A DNA stretch of 64,000 nt from an uncultured Nitrososphaeraceae archaeon (GCA_963728595.1 CAVSLF010000014.1:39393-103392); one strand, 5' to 3'; counted from the first letter of the stretch, positions 22,607-34,781 are shown. Numbers and translations are program-made. The notes: generated from the letters alone by a model not told the origin.

Positions 22607-23654
22607 GTGATAATATTCTTTACGAGTCCGATAGGATTGGGACATGCTACACGGGACGTCGCTATTTGTGAAAACTTATGTTCTCTCAAGCGAGAGGAAG
22701 TTTTTTTCGTCTCTGGTTGGCCTGCCATTGACATTTTTTCAAAAGATGGATACGTCGCTTATAATGCGTACAAACCTCACAAATTTAATGTGAGTAATTC
22801 TATGGAGTTACGCTCTGTTTTAAAATGGGTTTTGCAATATCTACTATATTATAGAAAATGTAAGGTAATTGCTAGCGATTTTATAGACAAAAATAAAGAT
22901 GGCTTGATAGTCAGTGACGAAGATTTTGCTTCAATATCCATAGGAGAAAACAGAAATAGAAAAAGAATTTTGATAACGGATCTAATTGGAACTAAACTTG
23001 TTAAAGGGTTATTTTCAAACATTGAACTAAGAATGAATCGATCTATGCTGAAAATGATAAAAAAATGCGACCAAGTTATCATCCCGGACTATGGGGAGAA
23101 CAGAGATAACATATCCCATATTGGGCCAATTGTGCGAAATCTAAGTACAACAAATAGATCAGTACTACGTAAAAAATTTGGCATGCAGAGGCGGACAATA
23201 TTGGTTACTATTGGAGGGACAGCGAGCGGGAAAATTTTTGATTGAAATGGCAATAAGGGCGCACAAGAAACTGACAATGAAAATGGATGTAGATATGATA
23301 GTTGCTTACGGACCATCTTTATATAAGAATGGAATTTATCATTCAAAATGCAAGCCCATTGGATTTGTAAATAATCTGCATGAATATGTATATGCGGCTG
23401 ATTTGATTATTTCGTTAGCTGGAAGGTCTACTATGGACGAATCGATTGTGTATGGAACTCCAGGTATTTTTATTCCTGTTAAGAATCACTTCGAACAGGA
23501 GGAAAACGCAGGAAGGTTAGGCTATACGTATGATGACATATTCAGGTTGGAACATTTAATAGAAGAAAAAATAGGAACTGGTGGAGATAACAGAACAATT
23601 TCTCCAAATGGAGCTGAAAAGGCCGCAAAGATCATTCTGAAAATGCTTGAATAA
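22607..23654 (+). CDS. GT-B glycosyltransferase (MurG/GT28-like), +1 frameshift near 23234
   Basis: SPIGLGHATR; LVTIGGT; ADLIISLAGRSTMDE, HFEQEENA across two overlapping ORFs. Confidence 0.85.
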
Positions 23655-24399
23655 TGATCAACGTAACAAATATTTTATCTTCAGGAAAGGATAATCTTCG
23701 TTAATGTTTGATACGGTACTTGGTATTCAGGCTGATCTATCTCGCAAACATTCATTATTTGACCTATTCTAATCAAGAATAGGTGTTAATGACAATATGA
23801 CGACTCATGTAGATCGTTAAATTTAGTATTGCTATCTTGATTGGTAATATCTAATTTTGTGATATAGAGAACGTTGCGTTAGCATCCAATAAACTAAAAG
23901 ACGCCGAAGCACTGTAATTACCAGACTCCATTCGCATTCCCGATAAGTTGATTCCACACGAATCTTTTAGATCCGCCTGAATCTAATACCAACTTACTAG
24001 CATGGAAGTAGGTAAGTAAGTTTGATCTGCATTTGGGTTCCGTATCTTCAAATTTGTATCTGGTCTCAAAAAGGACAACTGTTGGTTGTCAGTATTGAAT
24101 ATGGTAATATTAATAATCTCACACAGCACAAATGCTTACTTATTAGCAGAGATTGAAAGTCACAATGAATTTTGTTTAGATATTGGAACTATGATGACAG
24201 CGTTACTTTCGAACTATATCAAAGAACTATGTTTAGTAATTCACCTATGGTCAGGATAAAGAGTAATTTTCTTCCAGCAACAATTTATATCATGGATGAA
24301 TCATGTACGCGTGCGACGTGTACATTCTCCATATAAGGTGTGAAACGGTCTAACTTCGTTGGAGTCGTTGGTGAAGAGAGGTTTGTGTAATCAGTTCTC

Positions 24400-24789
24400 T
24401 TAAATGTTGATTGTGTATAAGCGTATTATCCTGTCCATGTCTTCATCTATCGAACATTTGGAGAATTTAATGATGTCAACTGCCTTAAGCGTAGCCTGAA
24501 CTCTTGTGGCATTTTCAATAATTTTTATGGCATTATACGCTTCCTCACCAAATTCTGTGAGACTATACTTATTGTTTATCTTTTTAACCAGTTTGCCCAC
24601 CATAAGTCTCGAAATTCTGAAATTGAACTGCCTTCTGGTAAGGTTCAATTAGTCCATAATATTTTTAGAGGTTAACTCATTTTTTGTGCAGGCAGAATCC
24701 CTTGCAATGATCCTTACCACATCAAAGTAGCGTTCTTGCGAGAAAACTTTCAGGATCCAGATCATAGCAGCTGAACTAGATTTTTTCAT
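24400..24789 (-). pseudogene. winged-helix DNA-binding protein with in-frame TAA at 24649-24651
   Basis: ATG 24789 MKKSS...KNIMD*LNLTRRQFNFRISRL...KYSLTEFG is one continuous frame. Confidence 0.7.
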
Positions 24790-25379
24790 TCCAGTTACGC
24801 ATTGCTTCATACTAGTTCATATCCCCTTGCCACTATAACCGTGAGAAATAGTATTTATTTTTGTCATATTCCCAAAAAAGTACGGTGTTACTAATTCATA
24901 TGATCTTCTTATCATTTCCGATTGATTTTGCATGAATCTAAACAAAATCGACAAATTCTAGAATTCTCTAACTAAGCTTGCCAATAATGAGAAAGTGCAT
25001 CATTACCTAAAAATTGAGGTGATACATGACCATGCAATCCTCACAGGTCTATGAATTTGTACAAAAATAGCGGCATAGAACATTTAAAATTATCCTAAAT
25101 ACTCACCCGAGACTTGAGTAGATCAAAAATCGGAACTAAATTGTAGCAACTCTATGCTATTTCTATGCTTACAAGTCAGATGCCCATGTATGTTTTACAA
25201 TGTTATTTACAGCCATTATACTGTATAACCGTCTACCAAATCTTAAAATAACAACATTTAAAGAGAGAACGGATAGCCAACTATTTAAGTCAGAAATGAA
25301 TTCATAGGCATGAAACTGACATGATCTTTTGGATTATGTGTAAGATAGACAGGCCTCAATAATAGAAATTTGAGAAGAA

Positions 25380-25676
25380 TTGGTACATGAATACAGAGAC
25401 AGAATTTACATTCGCAAGGATATTATCCTTAAACTATCCGAATATGGGGAACTCAACCAAAGCAGGCTAATGAGTTATTGCGGCTTGAACAATATCAAAC
25501 ATAAGGGAATACTTGATGACATGGTAAGAAAGGGACTTTTGGCCAAGATTGAAGAACCCTGGGGTAACAAAACAATCATGAAATATAGAGTGTCTGAGAA
25601 AGGAAGAGAAATCCTAAAAGAGGTCTTAGAACCATATGAGGCGCTATTTCCTAGAAATGAGAAATCAGATACGTAA
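25380..25676 (+). CDS. winged-helix transcriptional regulator
   Basis: LNQSRLMSYCGLN...YRVSEKGREIL. Confidence 0.85.
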   Translation: MVHEYRDRIYIRKDIILKLSEYGELNQSRLMSYCGLNNIKHKGILDDMVRKGLLAKIEEPWGNKTIMKYRVSEKGREILKEVLEPYEALFPRNEKSDT

Positions 25677-25725
25677 CAATGTTACCCAAATGATTTTAAG
25701 CAAAAAAGGAGAGAATCGCTAAGTA

Positions 25726-26136
25726 ATGGTCGATTTTAATGATGATAAGTCTAGTCCAGAGCGGAACCTTTTCAAACTCATGGACGGCATAATTTATCAG
25801 CTGAACAAAACAAAGAAAATGTTCATCATTATGATTCTCACAGTTATGATTCTTCCTCCTATAACTCTACTTATCAGTTCTTTGGTGTTCGCGCCACCCT
25901 ATGAAGACAGTGGTCCGGTCGAGAAAAAAATGATACCTGGAGAAGGAAGACATTACAAATTTTTTAATTTACGTATAGTCCCTCTTATCATATCTGCAGT
26001 CTGGCTAGGCATAGGAATAAGACAATGGTTTGTGTTGTCAGAGTGGACCAAGAAATATGAACGATACAAGGAGTTACAGGAGGAGGTTGATAAGAAACTT
26101 GAAGACGATGACAATAATAATGGTGTTCAGAATTAG
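25726..26136 (+). CDS. two-TM membrane protein with coiled-coil tail
   Basis: Two hydrophobic segments; follows the wHTH gene. Confidence 0.75.
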   Translation: MVDFNDDKSSPERNLFKLMDGIIYQLNKTKKMFIIMILTVMILPPITLLISSLVFAPPYEDSGPVEKKMIPGEGRHYKFFNLRIVPLIISAVWLGIGIRQWFVLSEWTKKYERYKELQEEVDKKLEDDDNNNGVQN

Positions 26137-26359
26137 TAGGCAATCGATGTATACAGATACTGCCGTACGGATTCTTACATTCCAAGTTATCTTTAGATCC
26201 CATAGAACGAAAAAAAAGGAAAATATCAGATAGTATCTGCCCATTCTAATGCGTAGAATACGCACAAGATTGCGTGATCCTGCTATCATTAAACTGATAC
26301 GTTACCTAGTCGTAAATGCTGATTTGATACTAGTCTACTTTAGGGTAACCAAAAGTTAG

Positions 26360-27004
26360 TTAGCCTTTGTGAATAATTTCGCAGTCATCACTAACTTGAT
26401 CTCCATCAATACTAAAGTTAATCCAGATTTCATCTTTTCCATCTCCACAGATTATTACATCTTTGCTGCCATCAGGTTCAGTCGAATTGATGGGTCCCTG
26501 ATAAATCTTGTCATCTCCTGATTCAGCGCTAATTTGATCACTTCCTTTCCCACTAACTATTACATCTTTAGCCGAACCCCCTATTACCGTATCGCCGCCA
26601 TCTCCGCCAAAGATAGTATCCTTTCCTTCCCCTCCAATTATTTCATCTGCTCCATGTCCACCAAAGACGTTATCATTCCCATTACTTCCAAGTATTTGAT
26701 CACTACCATCGCCCCCGTTCATTGTGTCGGCTCCTTCGTCCCCCAGCATATAATCCGCACGACCATCTCCGCTCATATCATCATTTCCTTCCCCTCCAAT
26801 CATTTGATCCGCTCCATCTAGTCCCCTCATTGTGTTTGAGATATTATCACCAATCATTATGTTATCTTTCTCAGTCCCGTCGCATAATGCATCGTCAACA
26901 CAATCTAATATATCGCCCCAAACAGGCTGCGGCATGAAGATTTGAAATAGAATGGTGGCAATTAAGACCGGCGCTATTTCAATAGCAAATACGATTTGAA
27001 TCAT
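26360..27004 (-). CDS. secreted RTX/hemolysin-type Ca-binding repeat protein
   Basis: Signal peptide plus many GGxGxD repeats; C-terminal DCE motif. Confidence 0.92.
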   Translation of the reverse strand: MIQIVFAIEIAPVLIATILFQIFMPQPVWGDILDCVDDALCDGTEKDNIMIGDNISNTMRGLDGADQMIGGEGNDDMSGDGRADYMLGDEGADTMNGGDGSDQILGSNGNDNVFGGHGADEIIGGEGKDTIFGGDGGDTVIGGSAKDVIVSGKGSDQISAESGDDKIYQGPINSTEPDGSKDVIICGDGKDEIWINFSIDGDQVSDDCEIIHKG

Positions 27005-27233
27005 ATGTCGCGATTGGTATCCTTATTCTTTAAAATATCTTATGGACGGCATACGAAATTGAATCCTCTAGTTCTCTTTATCCCTCTTAGGAAAAGTATC
27101 CAAAAATTGAATGCCACTAGCAAGTAATCAATTCAACATGAGGTGGTGAGTTGGACCAGGAAATAAATAAATGCTCCATGCGAATCGTATATTGAAAATC
27201 CTCGTAATAAATGACGCCAAGCTCAAATAAGCG

Positions 27234-27431
27234 ATGAACGCATACTTAGTAGAAGTGGAATATCCAGAGATAATCGCGAAGAAAGATAATATAACTATAT
27301 ATCAAGGTTGTATCAAGTGTAAATCCATCCTTGGGAGCATTGAAACAATACGTAGGACTGACGGCAATGCACTCCAATTAGTAACTTGTGCAAAATGTAA
27401 TTTTAAGTGGAAGGAACTATGGGGCCTCTAA
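27234..27431 (+). CDS. zinc-ribbon microprotein
   Basis: CIKC...TCAKCNFKWKE. Confidence 0.65.
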   Translation: MNAYLVEVEYPEIIAKKDNITIYQGCIKCKSILGSIETIRRTDGNALQLVTCAKCNFKWKELWGL

Positions 27432-27739
27432 AGAATACATTATCGACAAACTCAGTGTTGGACGACTGGAATAAACAACTATTCGCTTGGTGAATATTGT
27501 ACGGACAATACAAGTAGCAAGGGCAATTTTCGCCTGATGAACTTCAGGATGGTAACACGTATTTACGATTGATGGGATATGATGTCAATTGTGAACGTAG
27601 AAAAGTATTTTGTATTCTCAAATTGGAATAGATGGCATTTATTTTATCTTTAAAGGATTTTACCCTTAGTACAGTTCATAATTAACAGGGACTAACTGGT
27701 AAATAGAAAATAATTTGGTGGTTTGAGGGATCAAGTGTG

Positions 27740-28063
27740 CTACGTGGGCAGGGTAAATGTATCGGTTGGAAAGGCGTAAGGACCTCCCCCAAGTAGGGGG
27801 CGATTGGTATCCAGCGACCCATCAGAACATTTTTGATCAGCATTTTGAACCTTTACATTTGAACTTCCATCCTCCGAGTTTTTGTTGTCTTTCAATCCGG
27901 CACATGCCTTCTCATTCGTTGTGTGAGAATTGTCTTTGTCCGCACACTTGTCGTGATTATTATCATCACAATTTTCACCATAAACAGTTGATAATGATCC
28001 CGATAATATTATTAGTAAACTCACAGTCAGCATCGTGCTGATGAATGAATTAATCCTGTACAT
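27740..28063 (-). CDS. small secreted Asn/Asp/Cys-rich protein
   Basis: N-terminal signal peptide, 4 Cys. Confidence 0.6.
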   Translation of the reverse strand: MYRINSFISTMLTVSLLIILSGSLSTVYGENCDDNNHDKCADKDNSHTTNEKACAGLKDNKNSEDGSSNVKVQNADQKCSDGSLDTNRPLLGGGPYAFPTDTFTLPT

Positions 28064-28348
28064 TTTTTCCTTCGAAGAATCTTACATAAGGTTAGTATAT
28101 TTAGGATGTCGTACTATCGCTTATAATATTGACAACCATGATTCTATCCAGAGAATTTTTTATTGGATTTATACTCGAAATTTGCTGTGGTATATTGTGA
28201 TGGAAGTATTTGTAAATGGAGGTTTATTAGGTTCGAATGATAACGATTTTAATAGTAGTAACACTCTCACTAAATAGAATACTTCTCCTCAATACAGTAC
28301 TTGGCCTAAATTCCGGGACTTTAACAAATACAATACTGAGCCGTTCAA

Positions 28349-28756
28349 TCAGACTACGATAAGTTTGACAAAATGCATCTTCTTATTTGCTTGGAGCCGT
28401 CTAGCTATTTCCTTAATATCATTGGCGTCTCCCTTGAGAGAGAATATCTCAAGACACCGATGTTTATCAATTTTATTGTGGAGATGCACATTAATAATCT
28501 TGTCAAATGAGTGTCTTATGGATGCAACTTGATCATCAGAATCTTCATCATGCACCGCCAGTAGCAAAGAATTGACAATGCCTTCTAGATCCTGTTTCAT
28601 TCGTTCTTCTGCTAGTAAATTCCGAATGCCTGCCCTGACTATCTCTGATCTTCCTGTGAAACCAAGTGCTTTCTGAAGCTTATCGATACCTCCCAATATA
28701 TCGTCGTTTAGAGAAACACTGACTATTGTCACCAAAACCAACGTATTTCCCTTCAC
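28349..28756 (-). CDS. NikR-like (RHH + ACT) metal-responsive regulator
   Basis: IVSVSL...GRSEIVRAGIR; HLH and CLE metal-ligand motif. Confidence 0.9.
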   Translation of the reverse strand: MKGNTLVLVTIVSVSLNDDILGGIDKLQKALGFTGRSEIVRAGIRNLLAEERMKQDLEGIVNSLLLAVHDEDSDDQVASIRHSFDKIINVHLHNKIDKHRCLEIFSLKGDANDIKEIARRLQANKKMHFVKLIVV

Positions 28757-29433
28757 ATATATAACTGTCTCTGCAAGTATATACCTAGTGATACCATACG
28801 AAATATCTAACTAGTCTAAAATTGTCATGTCCAGATTAAATATTAATTCATCGGTTGAGCCATGACGATGTTATTCCCAATTGCTGTTACTCTTGGTGTC
28901 CCCATGTCTGTTTGTAAGAGCTAAACTAAATGATATAGTAAATTAATATCAAAACAGTTTGACAAATTTCGTCACCCAAGTATTTCACAAGTATCCCAAC
29001 TTAGAATTTCGTTAATTTTAAAACACATGGACTAGAAATAAATAGTAATTTATGACCAGAAGTGATAAAAGATCTCAAAAAAAAATCCATTTCAAGTTCC
29101 ACATTGTTACTAAGTGCATCAATTTGTGTAATGGCATATATGTGGTCCAAACAAGTAATTATATAGTATCCCAAATCAAATGTCAGATCTTTTGATTATT
29201 GCACCATTTGGAAGTCTCCGGATCCTCAATCCTTAGGAAACCTAACATTCTAAGATCAAACAAAAAAATCAAGCAGTTTCCACTTGTCATGGAATTGAGA
29301 ATTGACTATTACACACAATAAAAAATTCTTGCTTCTCTCATTAGTAAGACTCTTTCTTGCTCTAATGTATCCATCTAATATTGATGCAATTGCGTTAATG
29401 AAGTCCGCTATCGTTGTAGACCCCACTTATGTT

Positions 29434-30546
29434 TCATCGTTCTTGATTATCTACAATTCCGTCTTCCTCAATCCTAATATAGCCAAGCGAACTAGCAAGT
29501 TGTTCAGCCATCCAAATGTTACCATTCGAATCAGATGTTATCCATTGCACATATGGATGGGTATCGATTAATGAGAATTCCTTCATACTTCCAAATGATG
29601 GATTCAGAACGAATATTTTATTTGAAGTGTGTTGGGCTATCCATATATCCCCAAATTTGTCTATGGCCATCCCAAACGGTAAACCCGTAGTGTTAAGTCT
29701 GTAATATCCAAACAAATTTGATACGGTATTAAATGAAGTAATTGATTTATCATTGTGATTCGATACAAAAATGCTATTCAAATCTGGGACCACCAAAATT
29801 GCAGTTGGACTTGGAAGTATGTTTCCTTTTGAGATATTGGGCCTATATTGGTCTATCATACTTACATCGCTTGAATTTATCTTAATTATACTTCCAGTTT
29901 CATCAGCTATCCAAATGGTGTCAGGTCTATTGAAGGTGATTCCTAAAGGACGTGAATCAGGAAAAGGCAAATGAATAACTGGTTCAAATTCCTTAGTTTT
30001 CGTATCAAATCTTAATACTTCGCCATTGTCAGGTGAAGTCATCCATATAGTATCATTCTTGTCCATGGTCATTCCGAAAATTGTAACATTCGTCCGAATT
30101 GGATAAACTTGATTTATAGGATGTGATGAAGAATCATAAAATCCTACTCTCTTCAAAAGAGGATCGAGGTACCAAATCGTATTGTTGGAGTCAAGAGCCA
30201 AAATAGATACAATGCTAGTGTCGTTCAATTTATGCTCTTTAAATTTCGCATTTGTCATGTTGAAAGCCCAAATTCTACCGCTGTCAATAACGGTATCTCC
30301 GACCCAAACTAGATTGCGATGGTGATCAAATAGAGGATAGAGCGGCCAACTTTGATTATTCGGAACCACATATTCCTGCATAGTGACGTTTAAGTTTTGA
30401 AGTCTATCTTGATTTTCTTGTCCTAATTGGCTTGGCGGATCTGAATATGTCCTCATGGGTAATTCACGACTCATTATCGAGTTTTGTAGGGAAAATGTAA
30501 GGATCAAAGCAGTCAAAAAAAGCAAATACACTAATGCCTTATGCAA
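29434..30546 (-). CDS. secreted Vgb-lyase-like beta-propeller protein
   Basis: Signal anchor; repeated PxGI...IW(I/M)A blades. Confidence 0.85.
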   Translation of the reverse strand: MHKALVYLLFLTALILTFSLQNSIMSRELPMRTYSDPPSQLGQENQDRLQNLNVTMQEYVVPNNQSWPLYPLFDHHRNLVWVGDTVIDSGRIWAFNMTNAKFKEHKLNDTSIVSILALDSNNTIWYLDPLLKRVGFYDSSSHPINQVYPIRTNVTIFGMTMDKNDTIWMTSPDNGEVLRFDTKTKEFEPVIHLPFPDSRPLGITFNRPDTIWIADETGSIIKINSSDVSMIDQYRPNISKGNILPSPTAILVVPDLNSIFVSNHNDKSITSFNTVSNLFGYYRLNTTGLPFGMAIDKFGDIWIAQHTSNKIFVLNPSFGSMKEFSLIDTHPYVQWITSDSNGNIWMAEQLASSLGYIRIEEDGIVDNQER

Positions 30547-30916
30547 AGAATGTGTATTTTATCCTTCTCATTATAGTTAGTACTGACTCTGTAACCTAAG
30601 TGAGTATTAATCGGTTGACTAATATTACTATGGAAGATACTAACTTTGAAAGCACGACTAGAATCACAAATTGTCTACAATAGAAAAGAAGATCCCGCCA
30701 TGAAAACTAGATTGTTTATAAGCAATAAACATTAGTCTAACAAATTAAATATTTGGTGATTACGATCAAAATCATTTGAAGCACGGTGATATAGCCCAAA
30801 AATCATTCGCATCACAAAATAGAGGTCTATGAGATATTTTTTCAAGATACACAGTCGGTACTGTTGATTCGATACTAAAACTATTAAGTCCGAATGTTCA
30901 TGAACTCAGTAAGGAT

Positions 30917-31330
30917 ATGGTTAACTTTCATACGTCGAAGGAAATCAAGACTCACCCTTTCAGGGTGTGGGAGATCATATCAGACCTTGATAGAGAGCCA
31001 GAATTTTGGCATGGAACCAAATCTATTAAGAACATCAGTAAATCTGACAATAGAATCGAGAGAGAGGTTGTAATTGCCTTTAGAAACTCACTATGCAAAG
31101 AAATTGTGTCATTGGAACCGATGAAGTCTATAACCACTACCATAGTCGAAGGTCCCATTAGAGGGAAAAAGGTTATAGTTATCCATTCGGAAGGAGAGAA
31201 TAATACTGTCGTCGACGTTGAGTGGGACATTAAGGTTTCCGGCTTCATGGGACTATTTTCAGGCATGGTAAAAAAACATATATTGGAAGGTACAGAAGCT
31301 GCATTAGATAGAATTTCAAGGGCTGTGTGA
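30917..31330 (+). CDS. SRPBCC/START (polyketide cyclase-like) protein
   Basis: RVWEIISDLDREPEFWHG; C-terminal helix. Confidence 0.88.
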   Translation: MVNFHTSKEIKTHPFRVWEIISDLDREPEFWHGTKSIKNISKSDNRIEREVVIAFRNSLCKEIVSLEPMKSITTTIVEGPIRGKKVIVIHSEGENNTVVDVEWDIKVSGFMGLFSGMVKKHILEGTEAALDRISRAV

Positions 31331-31976
31331 TGTTTCGAAAAAGGAGGTTCATATGAAGATGCTATTTTCTAATGTGAGATTATTTTAAGATACTCTTTAT
31401 GTAGAAACTATTATCATTGAAATCATTTATCAAAGATATCGAATGAATTTGATGTTACTACTTGAAAGAATCGTTAGTTAATATTCAACTATTCTGTAGA
31501 AAGCGAATTCTGAAGGTGAATTTTCAATTGAAACATCTACTCATTTTAGTCCGAAATTCTAAATCCTATATTACCTATCAATTACCTATACACTAATTCT
31601 AATATTTAGGCTTCTTTTTTCTATTATGTCCAATAAATATTTTGGTCGTCAAAAGCCACCAAGAAAACCCAATGAGTATATGCCAAAAAATACGCTCGGA
31701 TATTTGCACCCGCTGATGCGATTCTAAGGCTATTGAAATTGTTTCAGACGCACCAACAAGTAGCATTTATTCCCTTTCCCGTAAAGTTCGGGGCGATAAA
31801 TGCGCGGAATATTATGCTGCATCGATGGTACCTACTAAACACTCAACGCATGGAGCAATGTACCAGCGAGCAATCATGTTAAATGTAAGATGAGTTATTT
31901 TAGATATTGGTATGTCAACTTTATCGCCGCGTAACGACTTATATGATCTTATGCTGTTAATTAGTTTCTACAAGAC

Positions 31977-33068
31977 TTGAAAAGAAAGGCACAGATAAGA
32001 TTGTGGACGTCAGTGTTATTATTGGCTGCCGCATTACTCTTCAACGGAATAGTTTTTACTAACTCCTTCGCTCACCTACCACATACCCCCCATTATAATG
32101 GCGGTTCTAACAGAGACGGTGTTGGAAAATATTATCCTTATCTCGCTTTAGATCCTGAGTATACCCAACCAGACCATCCTACGCAGATAATGCTTAGCAT
32201 TCAGGATTTCGGTGGAAATGACGTTTACAACATCGCAACGATGGTGGAAATCTATGATGAAATTTCGGGAAATAGGATTAAGGTGTTTCCATGGACTCTA
32301 CACGAGGTAGGAGATTTTGTGTATTATTACACATTTGCTAGCGTAGGAAACTACCAGATCGTCTTGTCTGTGGCAACTGACAACACCAAGATAGACTTTG
32401 GCCAATTTGATCCTCCTAGATCTATTCTAGGTGGCAACAGCGACTGTGCGTGTGATAGAGCAATCTTTAACATAACAGTTTCAAACACTTGGGGGAACAT
32501 ACGAAATTCGCTTTTCGCAATTGCCGTAATATTCCCAATAGTTACTCTGGGTATAATTTTGGGTACCTCGTACTATAGAAGACAAAAATATAATCAATCA
32601 AAGAAATCTCAGAACCGTGAGGTCATAAAGTATGGTATTATGTTGTTGGCCATTGCCGGCGGCTTGGTGCATCTCGCAATCTTTCCTGAGCATGGCTCAC
32701 AACAAATCTACTATTCTGTTTTCCTACTTACTGCTCCCTGTGTACAGGTTGCATATGGAATACTATACATACTTGTTAACCTTGCAGGAGACGCCGAATC
32801 TCGTTATGACAGGCATTCTCTTATTGCTAAATATAGAAAAACTTTACTTGTAAATCTTTTCGGGCTGGTTGGGACAGGAATTTTAGTAGGGCTTTACATC
32901 TACGTGTTACTATTCCCTCCACCCCTTTCCCCTACCAATACGCCAGAAATCGTAGACATAGCTGGAATTCTAGCCAAAACAGTTGAATTACTTTTGATAG
33001 GAGGAATTGTGTCCCTTATGATTTGGGAGAAGAGAAAATTACACAATCTAATAGTACGATTGAATTAA
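31977..33068 (+). CDS. membrane protein with extracellular His/Cys-containing domain and several C-terminal TM helices
   Basis: Signal peptide ending SFA|HLPHTPH, DCACD, GLVHLAIFPEH. Confidence 0.8.
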   Translation: MKRKAQIRLWTSVLLLAAALLFNGIVFTNSFAHLPHTPHYNGGSNRDGVGKYYPYLALDPEYTQPDHPTQIMLSIQDFGGNDVYNIATMVEIYDEISGNRIKVFPWTLHEVGDFVYYYTFASVGNYQIVLSVATDNTKIDFGQFDPPRSILGGNSDCACDRAIFNITVSNTWGNIRNSLFAIAVIFPIVTLGIILGTSYYRRQKYNQSKKSQNREVIKYGIMLLAIAGGLVHLAIFPEHGSQQIYYSVFLLTAPCVQVAYGILYILVNLAGDAESRYDRHSLIAKYRKTLLVNLFGLVGTGILVGLYIYVLLFPPPLSPTNTPEIVDIAGILAKTVELLLIGGIVSLMIWEKRKLHNLIVRLN

Positions 33069-33709
33069 CGAGATATACTATTTTTAAGATCTAACCTATG
33101 GATGTTTTCAAATATAATTTCAATATCTTCTAATGGGGATATGACCCGATGGATATAACTGATAAGATATCTCAGGTAGTAACGGAAAGTGAATTAGATA
33201 GATGTATTCTAATAATATTTGTATTTGGCTCTACATCTGCGATTGAAACTATAGAGACTACCGAGTATAAAATTGAAATTCCATATGTGATGTAAAGGTT
33301 GATTCCTCTAAATACGATATACATGATATGACCTAGCATGTCACACATCACACACACAAAAGATCATCATTGCTTAGTCCAAATTTTAATGATCCAATTC
33401 GTGGACAGCAAGCTTGCCCTATGAACATTGGGCAACGAGTAATTCTTTTGGAATTTGATTTTAGATGTAGGCAGGGAAAGGTCGTAATCCGAGTAATGGG
33501 TGAATAGGTCAATCCACGTTTAGTAGGGAAATGGTCTATTCAATTCAACAAGTGCAAGGCCATATTTTCGAGATCTCATGCGCCGGGGCATAAATCGAAC
33601 TAGAGATTTCATTAGATTGTCAATTATTGTTTCGTGATTATGAAGAGGAGTGCTATTTGTTACAAATTAATGACTATGATAAATTTCATGTTATTCTACA
33701 AGATGCTCA

Positions 33710-34075
33710 CTAAGAGGATTTTCTCAAAATATGCAAAATATTGTCGATAATTTCGAGGTGAGGGGCTTGTTTGGACATGGAAACTAGAAGTATATTTTCG
33801 CCAAAAGGGAAAGTTGCCAATTTAAGCTTCTCTCTCTCTGACAGAGTATACAATACTTTTCCAAAGGTTGGATCAAAATCCTGACGAACCGCATTGTTGA
33901 ACGCATATCCTAAATATAGCTTTATAGACTCTTCTTCATTTTCCAACGATTCAATCCCATCTTTCATACCACCTGCAATTAGGCCCCCCATTCTATCAAT
34001 TACTCCTGCGAATCTTATTTCTCCACTTAAATTAAGGAAGCGCAGACACAGGTCATCAGAATTTGTCTGTGGCAT
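33710..34075 (-). CDS. roadblock/LC7-like protein of the family expanded in ammonia-oxidising archaea
   Basis: IRFAGVIDRMGGLIAGG...FGKVLYTLSEREK. Confidence 0.8.
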   Translation of the reverse strand: MPQTNSDDLCLRFLNLSGEIRFAGVIDRMGGLIAGGMKDGIESLENEEESIKLYLGYAFNNAVRQDFDPTFGKVLYTLSEREKLKLATFPFGENILLVSMSKQAPHLEIIDNILHILRKSS

Positions 34076-34466
34076 TTGAACTGTTTATTTGCTATTCTTG
34101 GGGTTTTTTTAAATTTGCGATGCATAACTGAAATTGATTAAAGAATACGTTGGGATCGAGGCCACTGTGACGTCGCTTATTTGCTGGATATTACGTGATA
34201 ATGTCAATTGGAATGATTTTGTTATGTTTCTCCGTATTATGAGACAAGGTGTGGACTTTCATCACATATTGGATGTCAAATGATGTGAGTTTGGAAGAAA
34301 CGTGCGGAGCAAACACACAGGAATGAGAAATTTGGGACATGCATTAATAAGTTGCAATATGCAGAGTTGATTAGTCTTGTTTTTATAAATTTAAACAAAT
34401 AGTACTCTTTGCATCTGAGAATTCATAAATGCTTTTAAGCATCTAGTTCATTATACAATTTCGAAA

Positions 34467-34634
34467 ATGGCTGACGAACTGATCGCATACGCAATTACCG
34501 CAGGTTGTTTTATAGGGTGGGGTATCATTTGTGGGGCAGCGAGAGCACGGAGATTAAGTTCAAACCCTCTCATTGGTGTTTCCGGAGAAAAAAAAGTAAA
34601 ATATTCATCTGATGGAAAACCAATCGGTGACTGA
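34467..34634 (+). CDS. 55-aa single-pass membrane microprotein (absent from ORF track)
   Basis: MADELIAYAITAGCFIGWGIICGAARARRLSSNPLIGVSGEKKVKYSSDGKPIGD*; TTTTAA box ~28 nt upstream; T-rich tract downstream. Confidence 0.7.
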   Translation: MADELIAYAITAGCFIGWGIICGAARARRLSSNPLIGVSGEKKVKYSSDGKPIGD

Positions 34635-34781
34635 AATATAGTGTGATATTGTTATCGCCCTCTTCATTTTTGTTTTGTAAGTTGTTCGGTCTCGGGTTCT
34701 TTTGATGCCTCTTAGATCATCTGATAATAGAAAACAATGAGAGATTGAATGTCTCAGGTACTTCTTATTTCCTTCAAATCA

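Noticed and set aside
16527-27004. RTX-repeat proteins as toxins
   Set aside because: Only a signal peptide and Ca-binding repeats, no toxin domain or type I secretion genes; a common surface-protein type in soil AOA
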